Below are positions 8,711-18,496 of a DNA stretch of 64,000 bases, one piece after another. The translations under genes were made by a program, and so were the position numbers. The stretch's first letter is position 1. Every line of letters begins with the position of its first letter. The notes under the pieces were generated by a model that saw nothing but the letters and a program-made list of their open reading frames with translations, was not told where the DNA came from and made no database searches. The stretch comes from Alistipes sp. (GTDB taxonomy: Bacteria; Bacteroidota; Bacteroidia; Bacteroidales; Rikenellaceae), in NCBI GenBank assembly GCA_029060215.1, contig JAIDUK010000035.1:13235-77234 (forward strand), read 5' to 3'.

Positions 8711-9346
8711 TCAGGGTATCTGCATGTATTTGTGGGTCTGAACGGAGACGTTCCAGCGCGGGTGGGCCTTGACATACTCCACAATGGCGGGCATCGCCTG
8801 TTCGGCGACGCTCCACTCGGGCTGAAGATAGAGCAGGCATTCCCCGCCGACGCGCGCGGCGTTCTGTTCGGCCCACTCGAAATCCTCTTCGCATCCGACT
8901 ACCACCTTCAGTTCGTGCGCACGGGCAAAAGCCTCGTCCAGCGGCGGACGGCGGCGCTTGGGCGAAAGACACACCCAGTCGAAACGCCCGCTGAAAGGAT
9001 GCGAGCCCGAAGTTTCGAGGTGGATGCGCAACCCCTCGGCAGTCAAAACCTCGGTCAAGGGCCCCAAAGGGCGGAGCAGCGGTTCGCCGCCCGTGACCAC
9101 GACCGTCCGGGCACCGGACGCCACCACGCGCGCCGCGATCTCCTCCACCCCCACGGGCGGAAAGAGCGACGGGTTCCACGCATATTTGGCGTCGCACCAG
9201 CCGCACCCGACGTCGCACCCGCCCAGCCGGACGAAGTAGGCGGGCGTACCGGCATAGCGGCCCTCCCCCTGCACGGTGTAGAAGTCCTCGGCGACGGGCA
9301 GCATCCGCCCGCCCTCGAACGACGCGTTGTCGGCTGCTGCGGCCAT
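8711..9346 (-). CDS. queE: 7-carboxy-7-deazaguanine synthase (radical SAM)
   Basis: FYTVQGEG, FVRLGGCDVGCGWCD, VVTGGEP, SVQTHK. Confidence 0.93.
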   Translation of the reverse strand: MAAAADNASFEGGRMLPVAEDFYTVQGEGRYAGTPAYFVRLGGCDVGCGWCDAKYAWNPSLFPPVGVEEIAARVVASGARTVVVTGGEPLLRPLGPLTEVLTAEGLRIHLETSGSHPFSGRFDWVCLSPKRRRPPLDEAFARAHELKVVVGCEEDFEWAEQNAARVGGECLLYLQPEWSVAEQAMPAIVEYVKAHPRWNVSVQTHKYMQIP

Positions 9347-9888
9347 CAGTCGGTGACGACGTAAATGTCTTTCAAACTGCGCCCCAGCTGGTCGTAGTCG
9401 AGCCCGTAGCCGACGATGAACTCGTTGCCGATCTCCATGGCGCGGTACTCGATGGGCCGCTGCTTGCGGTAGGAGCCGGGTTTGAAGAAGAGCGTGCAGA
9501 CGGCGATGCTCGCGGGTTTGCGGGCTTCGAGGTCGCGGACCATGTGTTCGATCGATTCTCCCGTGTCGACGATGTCCTCGACGATGATGACGTGGCGCCC
9601 CTCGATGGAGTTGTTGAGCCCCAGCAGGCTCTTGACCTCGCCGGTCGAGGAAGTACCCTCGTAGGACGAGAGCTTGACGAACGAGAGTTCGTTGTTGAAT
9701 TCGATCTTCTTGATCAGATCGCTCATGAACATGAACGAGCCGTTCAGCACGCCGACGAACAGCGGGGTTTCCTTGTCGGCATAATCGCGGTTGATGCGCC
9801 GGGCCACGTCGCTCACGGCCTCGTCGATCTTCTCGGCAGGGATCATGATGCGGAACTTCTTGTCGTGAAGCTGTATGATTTCCTTCAT
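9346..9888 (-). CDS. hpt: Hypoxanthine phosphoribosyltransferase
   Basis: GVLNGSFMFMSDL, VIIVEDIVDTG, FIVGYGLDY. Confidence 0.95.
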   Translation of the reverse strand: MKEIIQLHDKKFRIMIPAEKIDEAVSDVARRINRDYADKETPLFVGVLNGSFMFMSDLIKKIEFNNELSFVKLSSYEGTSSTGEVKSLLGLNNSIEGRHVIIVEDIVDTGESIEHMVRDLEARKPASIAVCTLFFKPGSYRKQRPIEYRAMEIGNEFIVGYGLDYDQLGRSLKDIYVVTD

Positions 9889-9964
9889 GGGGTCAGAATT
9901 TGTTTCTGCAAAAATAACGAATTGCGCGTAAGAAACGCAAGTTCGGACAGAAAAAATAATAAGG

Positions 9965-10920
9965 GAAAAGATTCTTCGCCGCCTGCGGTTCCTCAGAATG
10001 ACAAAAAGAGGGTTTCTCAGAATGACGGTCGGGTGGTCGGATGGCGGTGGGTTTTGTTCGGATTGCCACGCTCGTTGTACTCGCTCGCAATGACAGAGGG
10101 TAGCAGTATGTCATTCTGAACGCAGTGAAGAATCTGCTTTTGTTGGAAAAACCAGATTCTTCGTCAAGGCGATGCCTTTTCCTCAGAATGACAAAAGGAG
10201 CGAAGAGTGACATGGCGGCTGGGCTCCTCAGAATGACAAAAGGAGCGAAGAATGATGTGGCTGGGTTTCTCAGAATGACAGAGAGCCGCAGCATGTCATG
10301 TTGAACGAAGTGAAACATCTGTGGACATTGGATTCTTGACTGCGTTGCGCTCCTCGCAATGACGGTTAGGTGGTCGGATGGCGGTGGGTTTTGTTCGGAT
10401 TGCCACGTCGCTGCGCTTCTCGCAATGACACAGAGCAGCAGCATGTCATGTTGAACGTAGTGAAACATCTGTATAGTTTGTTCGGTTATAGATTCTTCGC
10501 TATTGCTCAGAATGACGTAGTGAGTTGGGCTCCTCAGAATGACAAAAGGAGTTCAGAAGACAGGGCGAGGGCTCCGCAGAATGACAAGAGGAGCGAAGAA
10601 TGACATGGCGGCTGGGCTCATCAGAATGATACAAGGCAGCAGTATGTCATGTTGAACGAAGTGAAACATCTGTGGACATAGGATTCTCGACTGCGCTGCG
10701 CTCCTCGCAATGACGATGCTGTGGAACAGATTCTTCGCTGCGCTCAGAATGACAGAGGAAGAAGTTTGGAATGACAAATGGTGGGGACTGAATGCCGATT
10801 AAAACGATTTATCACGCAGCTAAAACGTTTTAATCGACGCTTGTGCCGAGCAGGAGCAAAGTTCACTTCTCACATTTCACCTTTCACTTTCCACTTTTCA
10901 CCTTTAACCTTCCACCTGAA
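9965..10920. repeat. Large mosaic REP-like cluster (three GTCAT-tagged hairpin types, a 14-mer hairpin and a heptamer tract)
   Basis: More than ten (C)AGAATGAC/GTCATTCT units, several GCAATGAC units, and GTCATGTTGAACG(A/T)AGTGAAACATCT three times. Confidence 0.9.
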
Positions 10921-10995
10921 AAAAATATTCGTCCCGGGAGCAATCCCCCGGGACGAAATATTCGGAAAGCGCGGATGCGCCCGATTGTCGGGACG

Positions 10996-11574
10996 CTACA
11001 CGAGCCCCGAGAAACCCATGAACGCCATGGCGAGGATGCCTGCCGTAATCAGGGCGATGGGAATTCCCTTGAACGCCTTGGGCACGTCCTCGAAATCGAG
11101 CCGCTCGCGGATACCGGCGAAGAGTACCAGAGCAAGGGCGAACCCGACAGCCGTAGCCACGGAGTAGGTGACGCTTTGCAAGAGGTCGAACTTCTTCTGA
11201 ATCATCAGAATAGCCACACCCAGCACGGCGCAGTTGGTCGTGATCAGGGGCAGGAAGATGCCGAGCGCCTGATAGAGCGAGGGCGACAGTTTCTTGAGGA
11301 TGATTTCGACCATCTGCACCAGCGCCGCGATGACGAGGATGAAGACGATGGTCTGCATATAAACGATGTCGAGCGGCACGAGCACGTAGGTCTGGATCAA
11401 CCAAGCCACTACGGCGGCGATGGCCATGACGAAAGTTACGGCCGCCCCCATGCCCAGCGAAGTCTCGACCTTCGACGACACGCCCAAGAAGGGGCAGATG
11501 CCGAGGAATTGCGCCAGCACGACGTTGTTGACGAAGATGGCGCCGATGATGATTGCGAAATAGGAAAGCTCCAT
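10996..11574 (-). CDS. rnfA: Rnf electron transport complex subunit A
   Basis: [34 protein letters not shown]. Confidence 0.95.
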   Translation of the reverse strand: MELSYFAIIIGAIFVNNVVLAQFLGICPFLGVSSKVETSLGMGAAVTFVMAIAAVVAWLIQTYVLVPLDIVYMQTIVFILVIAALVQMVEIILKKLSPSLYQALGIFLPLITTNCAVLGVAILMIQKKFDLLQSVTYSVATAVGFALALVLFAGIRERLDFEDVPKAFKGIPIALITAGILAMAFMGFSGLV

Positions 11575-11576
11575 AA

Positions 11577-12161
11577 CTATCTTTTGGCTAATTTATTGAA
11601 CAGAACCATGAGGTAACCGAGCACGAGGAAGGCACCCGGCGCGAGGACGAAGATCAGGGGCGTGAAGTCCGAAATCCCGAAGCTCCAGCCGAAGATCGAA
11701 CCGCTGCCCAGAATCTCGCGCACGGCGCCGATGACCGTCAGCGACAGGGTGAAGCCCAGCCCGATGCCCACGCCGTCGAGCACCGAATCGAACGCCGAAT
11801 TCTTCGAAGCGAAGGCCTCGGCGCGTCCGAGGATGATGCAGTTGACGACGATCAGCGGGATGAAGACGCCCAGCGACGCGTAGAGCGCCGGAACGAACGC
11901 CTGCATCAGCATCTGGATGATGGTGACGAACGATGCGATGATGACGATGAACGCCGGGATGCGCACCTTGTCGGGGATGATGTTCTTCACGAGCGAAATC
12001 ACCAGATTCGACATGATCAGCACGGCCATCGTGGCCAGCCCCATGCCCATGCCGTTCTCGGCCGAAGTGGTGGTGCCCAGCGTGGGGCACATGCCCAGCA
12101 CCAGCACGAACGTGGGGTTGTTCTTGACGATGCCGCTCAATATGATATTCAACTTATTCAT
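11577..12161 (-). CDS. rnfE: Rnf complex subunit E
   Basis: [47 protein letters not shown]. Start MNKLN at 12161. Confidence 0.95.
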   Translation of the reverse strand: MNKLNIILSGIVKNNPTFVLVLGMCPTLGTTTSAENGMGMGLATMAVLIMSNLVISLVKNIIPDKVRIPAFIVIIASFVTIIQMLMQAFVPALYASLGVFIPLIVVNCIILGRAEAFASKNSAFDSVLDGVGIGLGFTLSLTVIGAVREILGSGSIFGWSFGISDFTPLIFVLAPGAFLVLGYLMVLFNKLAKR

Positions 12162-12804
12162 TCTGACCTCCTTCCTGAGCCTCGGGCTCGCTGGTGCGGG
12201 TGGCGCCCGATGCCGCGTCGGCCGGGACTTCGCCCGTCGAAACGCTTTGGAAAGCCATCCATGCACGGTTGATCGCGTCGACATAGGCGCGCGACGAAAT
12301 GGTGGCGGCGGTCAGCGCATCGACATCGCCGCCGTCCTTGGTGACGGCCAGCTTGCCGCCCACGAGTTTCTTTTGTTCGAGCTGCTGCCCCTTGATGCTG
12401 TTGATCAGCGGGTTGCCCTCGTCGGCCATCTTGGTGCCCAGCCCCGGGGTCTCGGTCTGCCGCAGCACGTTGACGTTGATGACTTCGCCCGCGGGGGTGA
12501 AGCCGACCATCAGGCTCACGGGACCGCCGAAACCTTGTTCGGAGAGGGTCTCGACCGCATAGCCCACGGTAATGCCGTCCTGCGAGGCAGTGTGGACCGT
12601 GATGGTCATGCCGTCGATGAGCAGTTCATCGCTTACCGTCTCGTCGAATGCGGGCAGCACTTCGTTGAGAGCCGCGGTCTTGGCGGCCTGCTCGGCCTGC
12701 GCGATGGGTTCCAGCGTAATCATGTTGACTACGCCGACACCCGCCGAAGCCACGAGCGTAATGCCCAGCAGCACGGCCGTCATGTTGAGAAGCGTACTTT
12801 TCAT
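12154..12804 (-). CDS. rnfG: Rnf complex subunit G
   Basis: ETPGLG and the FMN-binding DALTAATISSRA motif. Start MKSTL at 12804. Confidence 0.93.
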   Translation of the reverse strand: MKSTLLNMTAVLLGITLVASAGVGVVNMITLEPIAQAEQAAKTAALNEVLPAFDETVSDELLIDGMTITVHTASQDGITVGYAVETLSEQGFGGPVSLMVGFTPAGEVINVNVLRQTETPGLGTKMADEGNPLINSIKGQQLEQKKLVGGKLAVTKDGGDVDALTAATISSRAYVDAINRAWMAFQSVSTGEVPADAASGATRTSEPEAQEGGQNE

Positions 12805-12818
12805 AATGCCGGTCCTCC

Positions 12819-13778
12819 TTATTTCACGCCGAAGCGCTTGGGTTTGACATACTTGTTGATCAGGGGCACGGTCGAGTTCATGATCAGGATCGCGAACGAC
12901 ATGCCCTCGGGGTAGGCGCCCCACAGGCGGATGCACATGGTGATGGCTCCGATGCCGATGGCGAAGAGCACACCGCCGCGCACGGTCATGGGCGACGTAG
13001 AGTAGTCCGTGGCCATGAATATGGCGCCCAGCATCGCACCGCCGGCCAGTACATGGAACAGCGGGAACTGCCACAGGGCGGCTTCTTCAGCACCGCGGCT
13101 CAGCGCCACGACAAAAGCGAAGACGGCCATCGTGAAGAGCACCGTGACGGGGATATGCCACGTAATGACCTGCCGCCACAAGAGGTAGACGAATCCGGCG
13201 AGCAAGGCCAGCGCGGCCACTTCGCCCAGCGAACCGGGCATATTGCCCAGCAGCAGATCCTGCACGCCGAGAATATCGGCGGCGGCTCCGTGTTTGACGG
13301 CTGCCAGCGGCGTTGCGCCCGACAGGGCGTCGAGCCCCTCGACCTCGGGGAACGCGGTCATCTGCACCGGATAGGCGATCAGCAGGAAGACGCGGCCCAC
13401 CAACGCAGGGTTGAAGGGGTTCTTGCCCAAGCCGCCGAAAGTCATCTTGGCGATGGCGATGGCAACGAAAGCGCCCATGACGACGATCCACCACGGAATC
13501 GACGCGGGCAGGTTGAACGCCAGCAGCACACCCGTGACGACGGCCGACCAGTTGCCGACCGTGGGTTTGCCGCCCACCAAAAAACGCTGGATGAGATACT
13601 CGAACCCCACGCACGAGAGCACCGAAAGGGCCGTGACGCAGAGCACGCTCCAGCCGAAGACGACCGTCGAGACGATCAGCGCCGGCACGAGCGCAATGAC
13701 GACGTCGCGCATGATCCGGGCCGTGGAGTGCGAAGTCTGCACGTGCGGAGCGGGGGCGACGATAAGTTTGTTAGCCAT
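12819..13778 (-). CDS. rnfD: Rnf complex subunit D
   Basis: APAPHV, FGGLGKNPFNPALVGR, DALSGATPL, FMATDYSTSP, YPEGMSFAIL. Confidence 0.95.
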   Translation of the reverse strand: MANKLIVAPAPHVQTSHSTARIMRDVVIALVPALIVSTVVFGWSVLCVTALSVLSCVGFEYLIQRFLVGGKPTVGNWSAVVTGVLLAFNLPASIPWWIVVMGAFVAIAIAKMTFGGLGKNPFNPALVGRVFLLIAYPVQMTAFPEVEGLDALSGATPLAAVKHGAAADILGVQDLLLGNMPGSLGEVAALALLAGFVYLLWRQVITWHIPVTVLFTMAVFAFVVALSRGAEEAALWQFPLFHVLAGGAMLGAIFMATDYSTSPMTVRGGVLFAIGIGAITMCIRLWGAYPEGMSFAILIMNSTVPLINKYVKPKRFGVK

Positions 13779-13812
13779 GTTTATTGTTGTTTTTCTGACT
13801 GCATGTGTTGAA

Positions 13813-15162
13813 CTACTTCTTGGGGGCTGCCGCCGCGGCGCGTTGGCGGATGATGCCCATGACGGTCTGCTTGCCCAGCCGGATCCAGTCGAGCAGGGGC
13901 AGGTACGACGGGCACGTCGACTGGCAGCAGCCGCACTCGATGCACGAGGTGATCATCTGCTCCTCGAGGGTCTCCCAGCCCTTCTTCTGGGTCGTCTTCG
14001 AGAGGAAATAGGGTTCCAGCCCCATCGGGCAGGCGGCCACGCACTTGGCGCATTTGATGCACTGCGAGGCTTCGCGGCGCACGGCGTCGCGGCCGCTGAG
14101 GACGGTGATTCCCGAGCAGCCCTTCGTCACAGGCGAGCCGAGTTCGATCATGGCGCGGCCCATCATGGGTCCGCCGTTGATGACCTTGCCGGCGTCGGCG
14201 GGCAGACCTCCCGCAGCGTCGATGAGCGCCTGAACGGGCGTGCCCATGCGCGTCAGCAGGTTCTTGGGTTCCTTGACGCTCTTGCCCGTGATCGTCACCA
14301 CGCGTTCGATCAGCGGTTTGTTCTTCTGCACGGCCTGATAGACCGCAAAGGTGGTCGATGCGTTGCAGACCACGGCGCCCACGTCGATGGGCAGTGCGGG
14401 CGGGGGCGGTACCTGACGGCCCGTCACGGCTGCTATCAGCTGTTTTTCACCGCCTTGCGGGTAGCGTACTTTCAGGGGCACCACCTCTACACCGTGGTAT
14501 TCCTTGACAAGTTTCGAGAGGTGTGCAATGGCGTCGGGTTTGTTGTTCTCGATGCCGATGAACGCACGGTCGACACCGATGGCTTTCATCAGAATCGATA
14601 CGCCGACAACCAGTTCCTCGCCGTGCTCCAGCATCGTCCGATGGTCCGACGTGAGGTAGGGTTCGCATTCTACGCCGTTGATTATCAGCGCTTCGGCTTT
14701 CTTGCCCGGAGGGATCGACAGTTTTACATGCGCGGGGAACGTCGCTCCGCCCATGCCCACAATGCCGGCATCCTTGATCTTGGCAATGATCTCTTCGGCC
14801 GAGAGCGTGCATTCTTTCACGAGCGTCTCCGAGCGGTCGATGCCTTCGGCCCATTCGTCGCCCTCGCGCTGGATGGTGATCATCATCTGGCGCAGGCCTT
14901 GTCCGTTGGGTTGCATGTCCACAGCCGTCACCGTGCCCGATATGGGCGAGTGGATGTTGGCCGACATGAAGCTGCCCGCCTCGGCTATGAGCTGTCCGGT
15001 GAGCACCTTGTCGCCCTTGGCTACCTTGGCCACGGCAGGCGCACCGATATGCTGGGCCAGCGGAATCATCACCTTATCGGGCAGCGGAAGCACCTCGACG
15101 GGCTTGCCGCAGCTCAGTTTGTTTTCCGACGGATGAACTCCGCCCATTGGAAATGTTTTCAT
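13813..15162 (-). CDS. rnfC: Rnf complex subunit C
   Basis: QHIGAPA, GIVGMGGATFP, ECEPYLTSD, YPQGGEKQL, two 4Fe-4S motifs. Confidence 0.95.
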   Translation of the reverse strand: MKTFPMGGVHPSENKLSCGKPVEVLPLPDKVMIPLAQHIGAPAVAKVAKGDKVLTGQLIAEAGSFMSANIHSPISGTVTAVDMQPNGQGLRQMMITIQREGDEWAEGIDRSETLVKECTLSAEEIIAKIKDAGIVGMGGATFPAHVKLSIPPGKKAEALIINGVECEPYLTSDHRTMLEHGEELVVGVSILMKAIGVDRAFIGIENNKPDAIAHLSKLVKEYHGVEVVPLKVRYPQGGEKQLIAAVTGRQVPPPPALPIDVGAVVCNASTTFAVYQAVQKNKPLIERVVTITGKSVKEPKNLLTRMGTPVQALIDAAGGLPADAGKVINGGPMMGRAMIELGSPVTKGCSGITVLSGRDAVRREASQCIKCAKCVAACPMGLEPYFLSKTTQKKGWETLEEQMITSCIECGCCQSTCPSYLPLLDWIRLGKQTVMGIIRQRAAAAAPKK

Positions 15163-15328
15163 AGGTATCTATCCTTTCTTCTTTGTACCGGAGGCGTTTC
15201 CGGTCCGAGTCCGCAGTTCCCGGGCGTTGGCGCCCTTCTCGCAGGGCGTCGTCCCGTTTCTTCTGGCGGGGGTTCGCCGCCGCGGCTCGACCGGCACGGC
15301 CGGTCCTCAGTACATGGTTGAACGATTC

Positions 15329-16360
15329 TTATTCGGCCTTGGGCGTTTCCTCGGCAGGTGCTTCCGCTGCGGTCTTGGCTTTTGCGGCGGCCGGTTTGGC
15401 GGTTGCCTTGGGAGCCTTTTCCGCCGCCGGTTTGGCCGGAGCTTTCTCAGCCGCAGGCTTGGCGGGTGCTTCCGCGGCTGCCTTGGCAGGAGTTTCGGCG
15501 GCCGGTTTGGCAGGAGCTGCCGGAGCCTTGGGCTCTTTGGGCAGGGGTTCCATGTTCACCAGCTTGATGGCACCCGTCGGGCATTCGTTGACGCACTTGC
15601 GGCAGAGCTTGCACTTCTGCGGATCGATGTAGGCAAGGTTGTTCTCGACCGTAATGGCTCCGAACGCGCACGCCTTCTCGCACTTGCCGCAGCCGATGCA
15701 CCCGGCCTTGCAGGCCTTCATCACCGCAGCGCCCTTTTCTTTCGACACGCACGATACATACACTGCACGGTCCTTGGGCCATTTCTTGCGCAGTTCGATG
15801 ATCCCCTTGGGGCAGGCTTTCACACAGGCTCCGCAGGCGGTGCACTTCTCGGGGTCGACCACCGGCAGACCCGTTTCGGGGTCTACGGCAATGGCTCCGA
15901 ACGCGCACACCGTCGCACAGTCGCCGAAGCCCAGACAGCCGAACGTGCAGCCCGTCTCGCCCGCATAGAGCGACGAAGCCACGGCGCACGACCGGGCCCC
16001 GTTGTATTCGTTGGTGCGGGGACGCTTGGCGCAGGTGCCGCCGCAGCGGACCGTTGCGGTCTGCGGTTCCTTTTCGGCGGCCGCCTTGCCCAGATAGGCC
16101 GCGATGGCCTTCATGCAGTCGCCGCCGCCCACCGGGCAGAAGAGCGCCGAGATGTCGTCGTTCTTGACCAGCGCATCGGCCATGCCGCGGCATCCTGCGA
16201 AACCGCAGCCTCCGCAATTGGCACCGGGCAGCATCTTCTCCACCTCGTCTATGCGCGGGTCCTCTTCGACGCGGAATTTCTGCGCCACGAAGTAGAGGAT
16301 CACGGCGGCAAGCACCCCGAGGACGCAAAGCGTCAGGATGGTGTAAAGTAATACTTCCAT
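15329..16360 (-). CDS. rnfB: Rnf complex subunit B with Ala/Pro/Lys-rich tail
   Basis: LPGANCGGCGFAGC, CPVGG, multiple CxxCxxCxxxC motifs. Confidence 0.93.
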   Translation of the reverse strand: MEVLLYTILTLCVLGVLAAVILYFVAQKFRVEEDPRIDEVEKMLPGANCGGCGFAGCRGMADALVKNDDISALFCPVGGGDCMKAIAAYLGKAAAEKEPQTATVRCGGTCAKRPRTNEYNGARSCAVASSLYAGETGCTFGCLGFGDCATVCAFGAIAVDPETGLPVVDPEKCTACGACVKACPKGIIELRKKWPKDRAVYVSCVSKEKGAAVMKACKAGCIGCGKCEKACAFGAITVENNLAYIDPQKCKLCRKCVNECPTGAIKLVNMEPLPKEPKAPAAPAKPAAETPAKAAAEAPAKPAAEKAPAKPAAEKAPKATAKPAAAKAKTAAEAPAEETPKAE

Positions 16361-16779
16361 TAGTTTTTAGTTATTGTAAATTGAATTGTGTGTTCGATTC
16401 TGCGGCGGAAAAGCCACAATACCATATAATATAGGACCACGGCCGCCAGCGAGACCAGCGCTCCGCGGCCCTCGCTCCACCCGGCAACGCCGATAGTGAG
16501 CCCCAGCGCAGCCAGCAGGACCGCCAGCGCCCCGCCGTAGGCCAGCGCTACCGACAGCATCCCCGCCCGGCGCCGGATCCCCACGGTCACCGCATCGCCC
16601 GGTTCGAAGCGCGCCGCATCGGCCGCGGCCACTTCCACCATCTTCTCCTGCGTCTCGGCCAGTCCGCACGCTTGCCGCGCGCTGCACGTTCCGCAGGCGC
16701 TGTGCGAGGTGATCCGCACGAAGACCTTGCCGCCCTCCGCACGCTCCACCGTGCCGCTATGCTCGATCAGTTCCGCCAC
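16360..16779 (-). CDS. RseC/MucC-family (SoxR reducing system) membrane protein
   Basis: IEHSGTV, SACGTCSARQAC, two TM helices; lies directly upstream of rnfB. Confidence 0.85.
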   Translation of the reverse strand: MAELIEHSGTVERAEGGKVFVRITSHSACGTCSARQACGLAETQEKMVEVAAADAARFEPGDAVTVGIRRRAGMLSVALAYGGALAVLLAALGLTIGVAGWSEGRGALVSLAAVVLYYMVLWLFRRRIEHTIQFTITKN

Positions 16780-16782
16780 GGC

Positions 16783-18360
16783 TCAGTCTCCGTATTTGTT
16801 GGTCAGAGGCATCAGCCGTTCATGGCCGAACGAGCAGGCCGACAGGCGCAGCACGGGCGGAAACTGGTAGCGTTTCTTCTCGTTGCGCATGATCATGCCG
16901 TGGATCTTCTCCACCACTTGGGAGTCGAACCCGGCGTTGATGATCTCCTCGCGGTGCTGCCCCTCTTCGATCATGCGGAACAGAATGGCGTCGACCACCT
17001 CGTAGGGCGGCAGTATGTCGGTGTCCTTTTGCCCGGGGTGCAGTTCGGACGAGGGTTCTTTCTTGAGTATGTTCTCGGGTATGGGGTCGCCCTGCGTACG
17101 GTTGATGTAGCGGGCTATGTCGTAGATTTCGCCTTTGTAGAGGTCGCCCGTAGGGCTGAAAGCCCCGGCCGTATCGCCGTAGAGGGTGCAGAACCCGAGG
17201 GCGTTCTCGCTCTTGTTGGACGAGTTGAGCAGGATATGGTCGGTCTTGTTCTGCAAGGCCATCAGCAGCACCGTGCGGATGCGGGTCTGGATGTTCTCTT
17301 CCGTGGCGTCGAACTCCGTGCCGCCGATCACGGGTTTGAGCGTGTCGGTGACGGTGCCGTAGATCTCCGAGATAGGGATGACGTCGTAGCGGATGCCCAG
17401 CCGTTCGGCCAGTTCCTTGGCATCTTCGACCGAATCGTCCGGCGAGAAAGGCGAGGGCATCAGCAGCGCCCTGACATTCTCCTTGCCCAGCGCATCGGCG
17501 GCCAGACACGCCACCACAGCCGAATCGATGCCGCCCGAAAGACCTATGCAGGCTTTCTCGTAGCCGTTCTTGCGGAAGAAATCGCGCAGCCCGCACCGTG
17601 CGGCCGCATAGACCATCCGCGTGCGGTCGCCCGACGAGGGGATGGTCACGGGTTCGCCCTTGGCTTCGGTGTCGAAAATCCGGAAATCCTCCTCGAAACT
17701 CTTCAGCATCATGACCAGTTCGCCGCGGTTGTTGAACGCTCCGGACGTCCCGTCGTAGACGATCTCCGTGGAGCCGCCCACCTGATTGACCAGCACGAGG
17801 TTCTTGCCCTCGACGAACGAGAGGTTGCGCATCATCTCGTAGCGGCGGGTCATGGTGCCCTTGCCGTACTTGCGGGCGTTGATCGAGACGACGGTCTCCA
17901 CCGAGCGGTCGAAATCGTGTTCGCGGCTCAGGTCGTCGCCCACGATGACGGCGCATTTGTGGCCCTTGACGGTCACATATTCGAAGCCCTTGGATGGTAC
18001 CAGAAATCCCATCTCGCGACGGGCCGTGATGTATTTCTTGCCTACATACCGCAGCACCTTGCGGTCTTGGATGAGCGCTGCGGCACTCACCGTGCCTTCG
18101 GCCGTGAGCAGAGGAAGCCCCACGATGGCGGCTATGCCGTCGCAGCACGAGGCTATTTCGACCAGCGCCTCCTCGCACAATTCCAGAAAGGTAGTCTTAC
18201 GCAGCAAATCGAAACCCGGCGTCCCGCTCAGCGCCTGCTCGGCGAAGACCACCAGATCCGCGTTTTCGGCTTTCGCTTTGTTGATCGCATCGATGATTTT
18301 CGAGGCATTGCCGTCTACATCGCCGACGGTATAATTCAACTGGGCTATAGCGATTTTCAT
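16783..18360 (-). CDS. nadE: NAD+ synthase with N-terminal nitrilase-like domain
   Basis: MKIAIAQLN, GLSGGIDSAV, ENIQTRIR, NKSENALGFCTLYGD, PSSELHPGQKD. Confidence 0.93.
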   Translation of the reverse strand: MKIAIAQLNYTVGDVDGNASKIIDAINKAKAENADLVVFAEQALSGTPGFDLLRKTTFLELCEEALVEIASCCDGIAAIVGLPLLTAEGTVSAAALIQDRKVLRYVGKKYITARREMGFLVPSKGFEYVTVKGHKCAVIVGDDLSREHDFDRSVETVVSINARKYGKGTMTRRYEMMRNLSFVEGKNLVLVNQVGGSTEIVYDGTSGAFNNRGELVMMLKSFEEDFRIFDTEAKGEPVTIPSSGDRTRMVYAAARCGLRDFFRKNGYEKACIGLSGGIDSAVVACLAADALGKENVRALLMPSPFSPDDSVEDAKELAERLGIRYDVIPISEIYGTVTDTLKPVIGGTEFDATEENIQTRIRTVLLMALQNKTDHILLNSSNKSENALGFCTLYGDTAGAFSPTGDLYKGEIYDIARYINRTQGDPIPENILKKEPSSELHPGQKDTDILPPYEVVDAILFRMIEEGQHREEIINAGFDSQVVEKIHGMIMRNEKKRYQFPPVLRLSACSFGHERLMPLTNKYGD

Positions 18361-18496
18361 CTATGGTAAATTAAGTCCGGAACTACAACTCCGCAAAGTT
18401 AACGATTATTTGCAAAAGTCGGAAACATTTTCCATTTAATAAATCTACATGCCCGCACGGACCGCAACATAGCAGCAATGAATAGTCGGGTTCCCA

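Noticed and set aside
9893-10777. ORFs 9893-10468, 10370-10603 and 10553-10777, and similar ones at 18399-19108, 27182-27658 and 32931-33323
   Set aside because: They are translations of REP and heptamer repeats (VILSAAKNL, HSERSEES, FHFSL patterns) with no independent coding evidence.
9965-10800. Possible CRISPR array (regularly recurring CTCAGAATGAC units)
   Set aside because: Units vary in sequence and orientation, the intervening sequences are themselves repeated rather than unique spacers, and no cas genes are present.
15163-15328. GC-rich multi-hairpin spacer between rnfB and rnfC as a possible riboswitch or ncRNA
   Set aside because: No match to any riboswitch consensus I recognise; similar GC-rich spacers occur elsewhere (for example 57920-58050).
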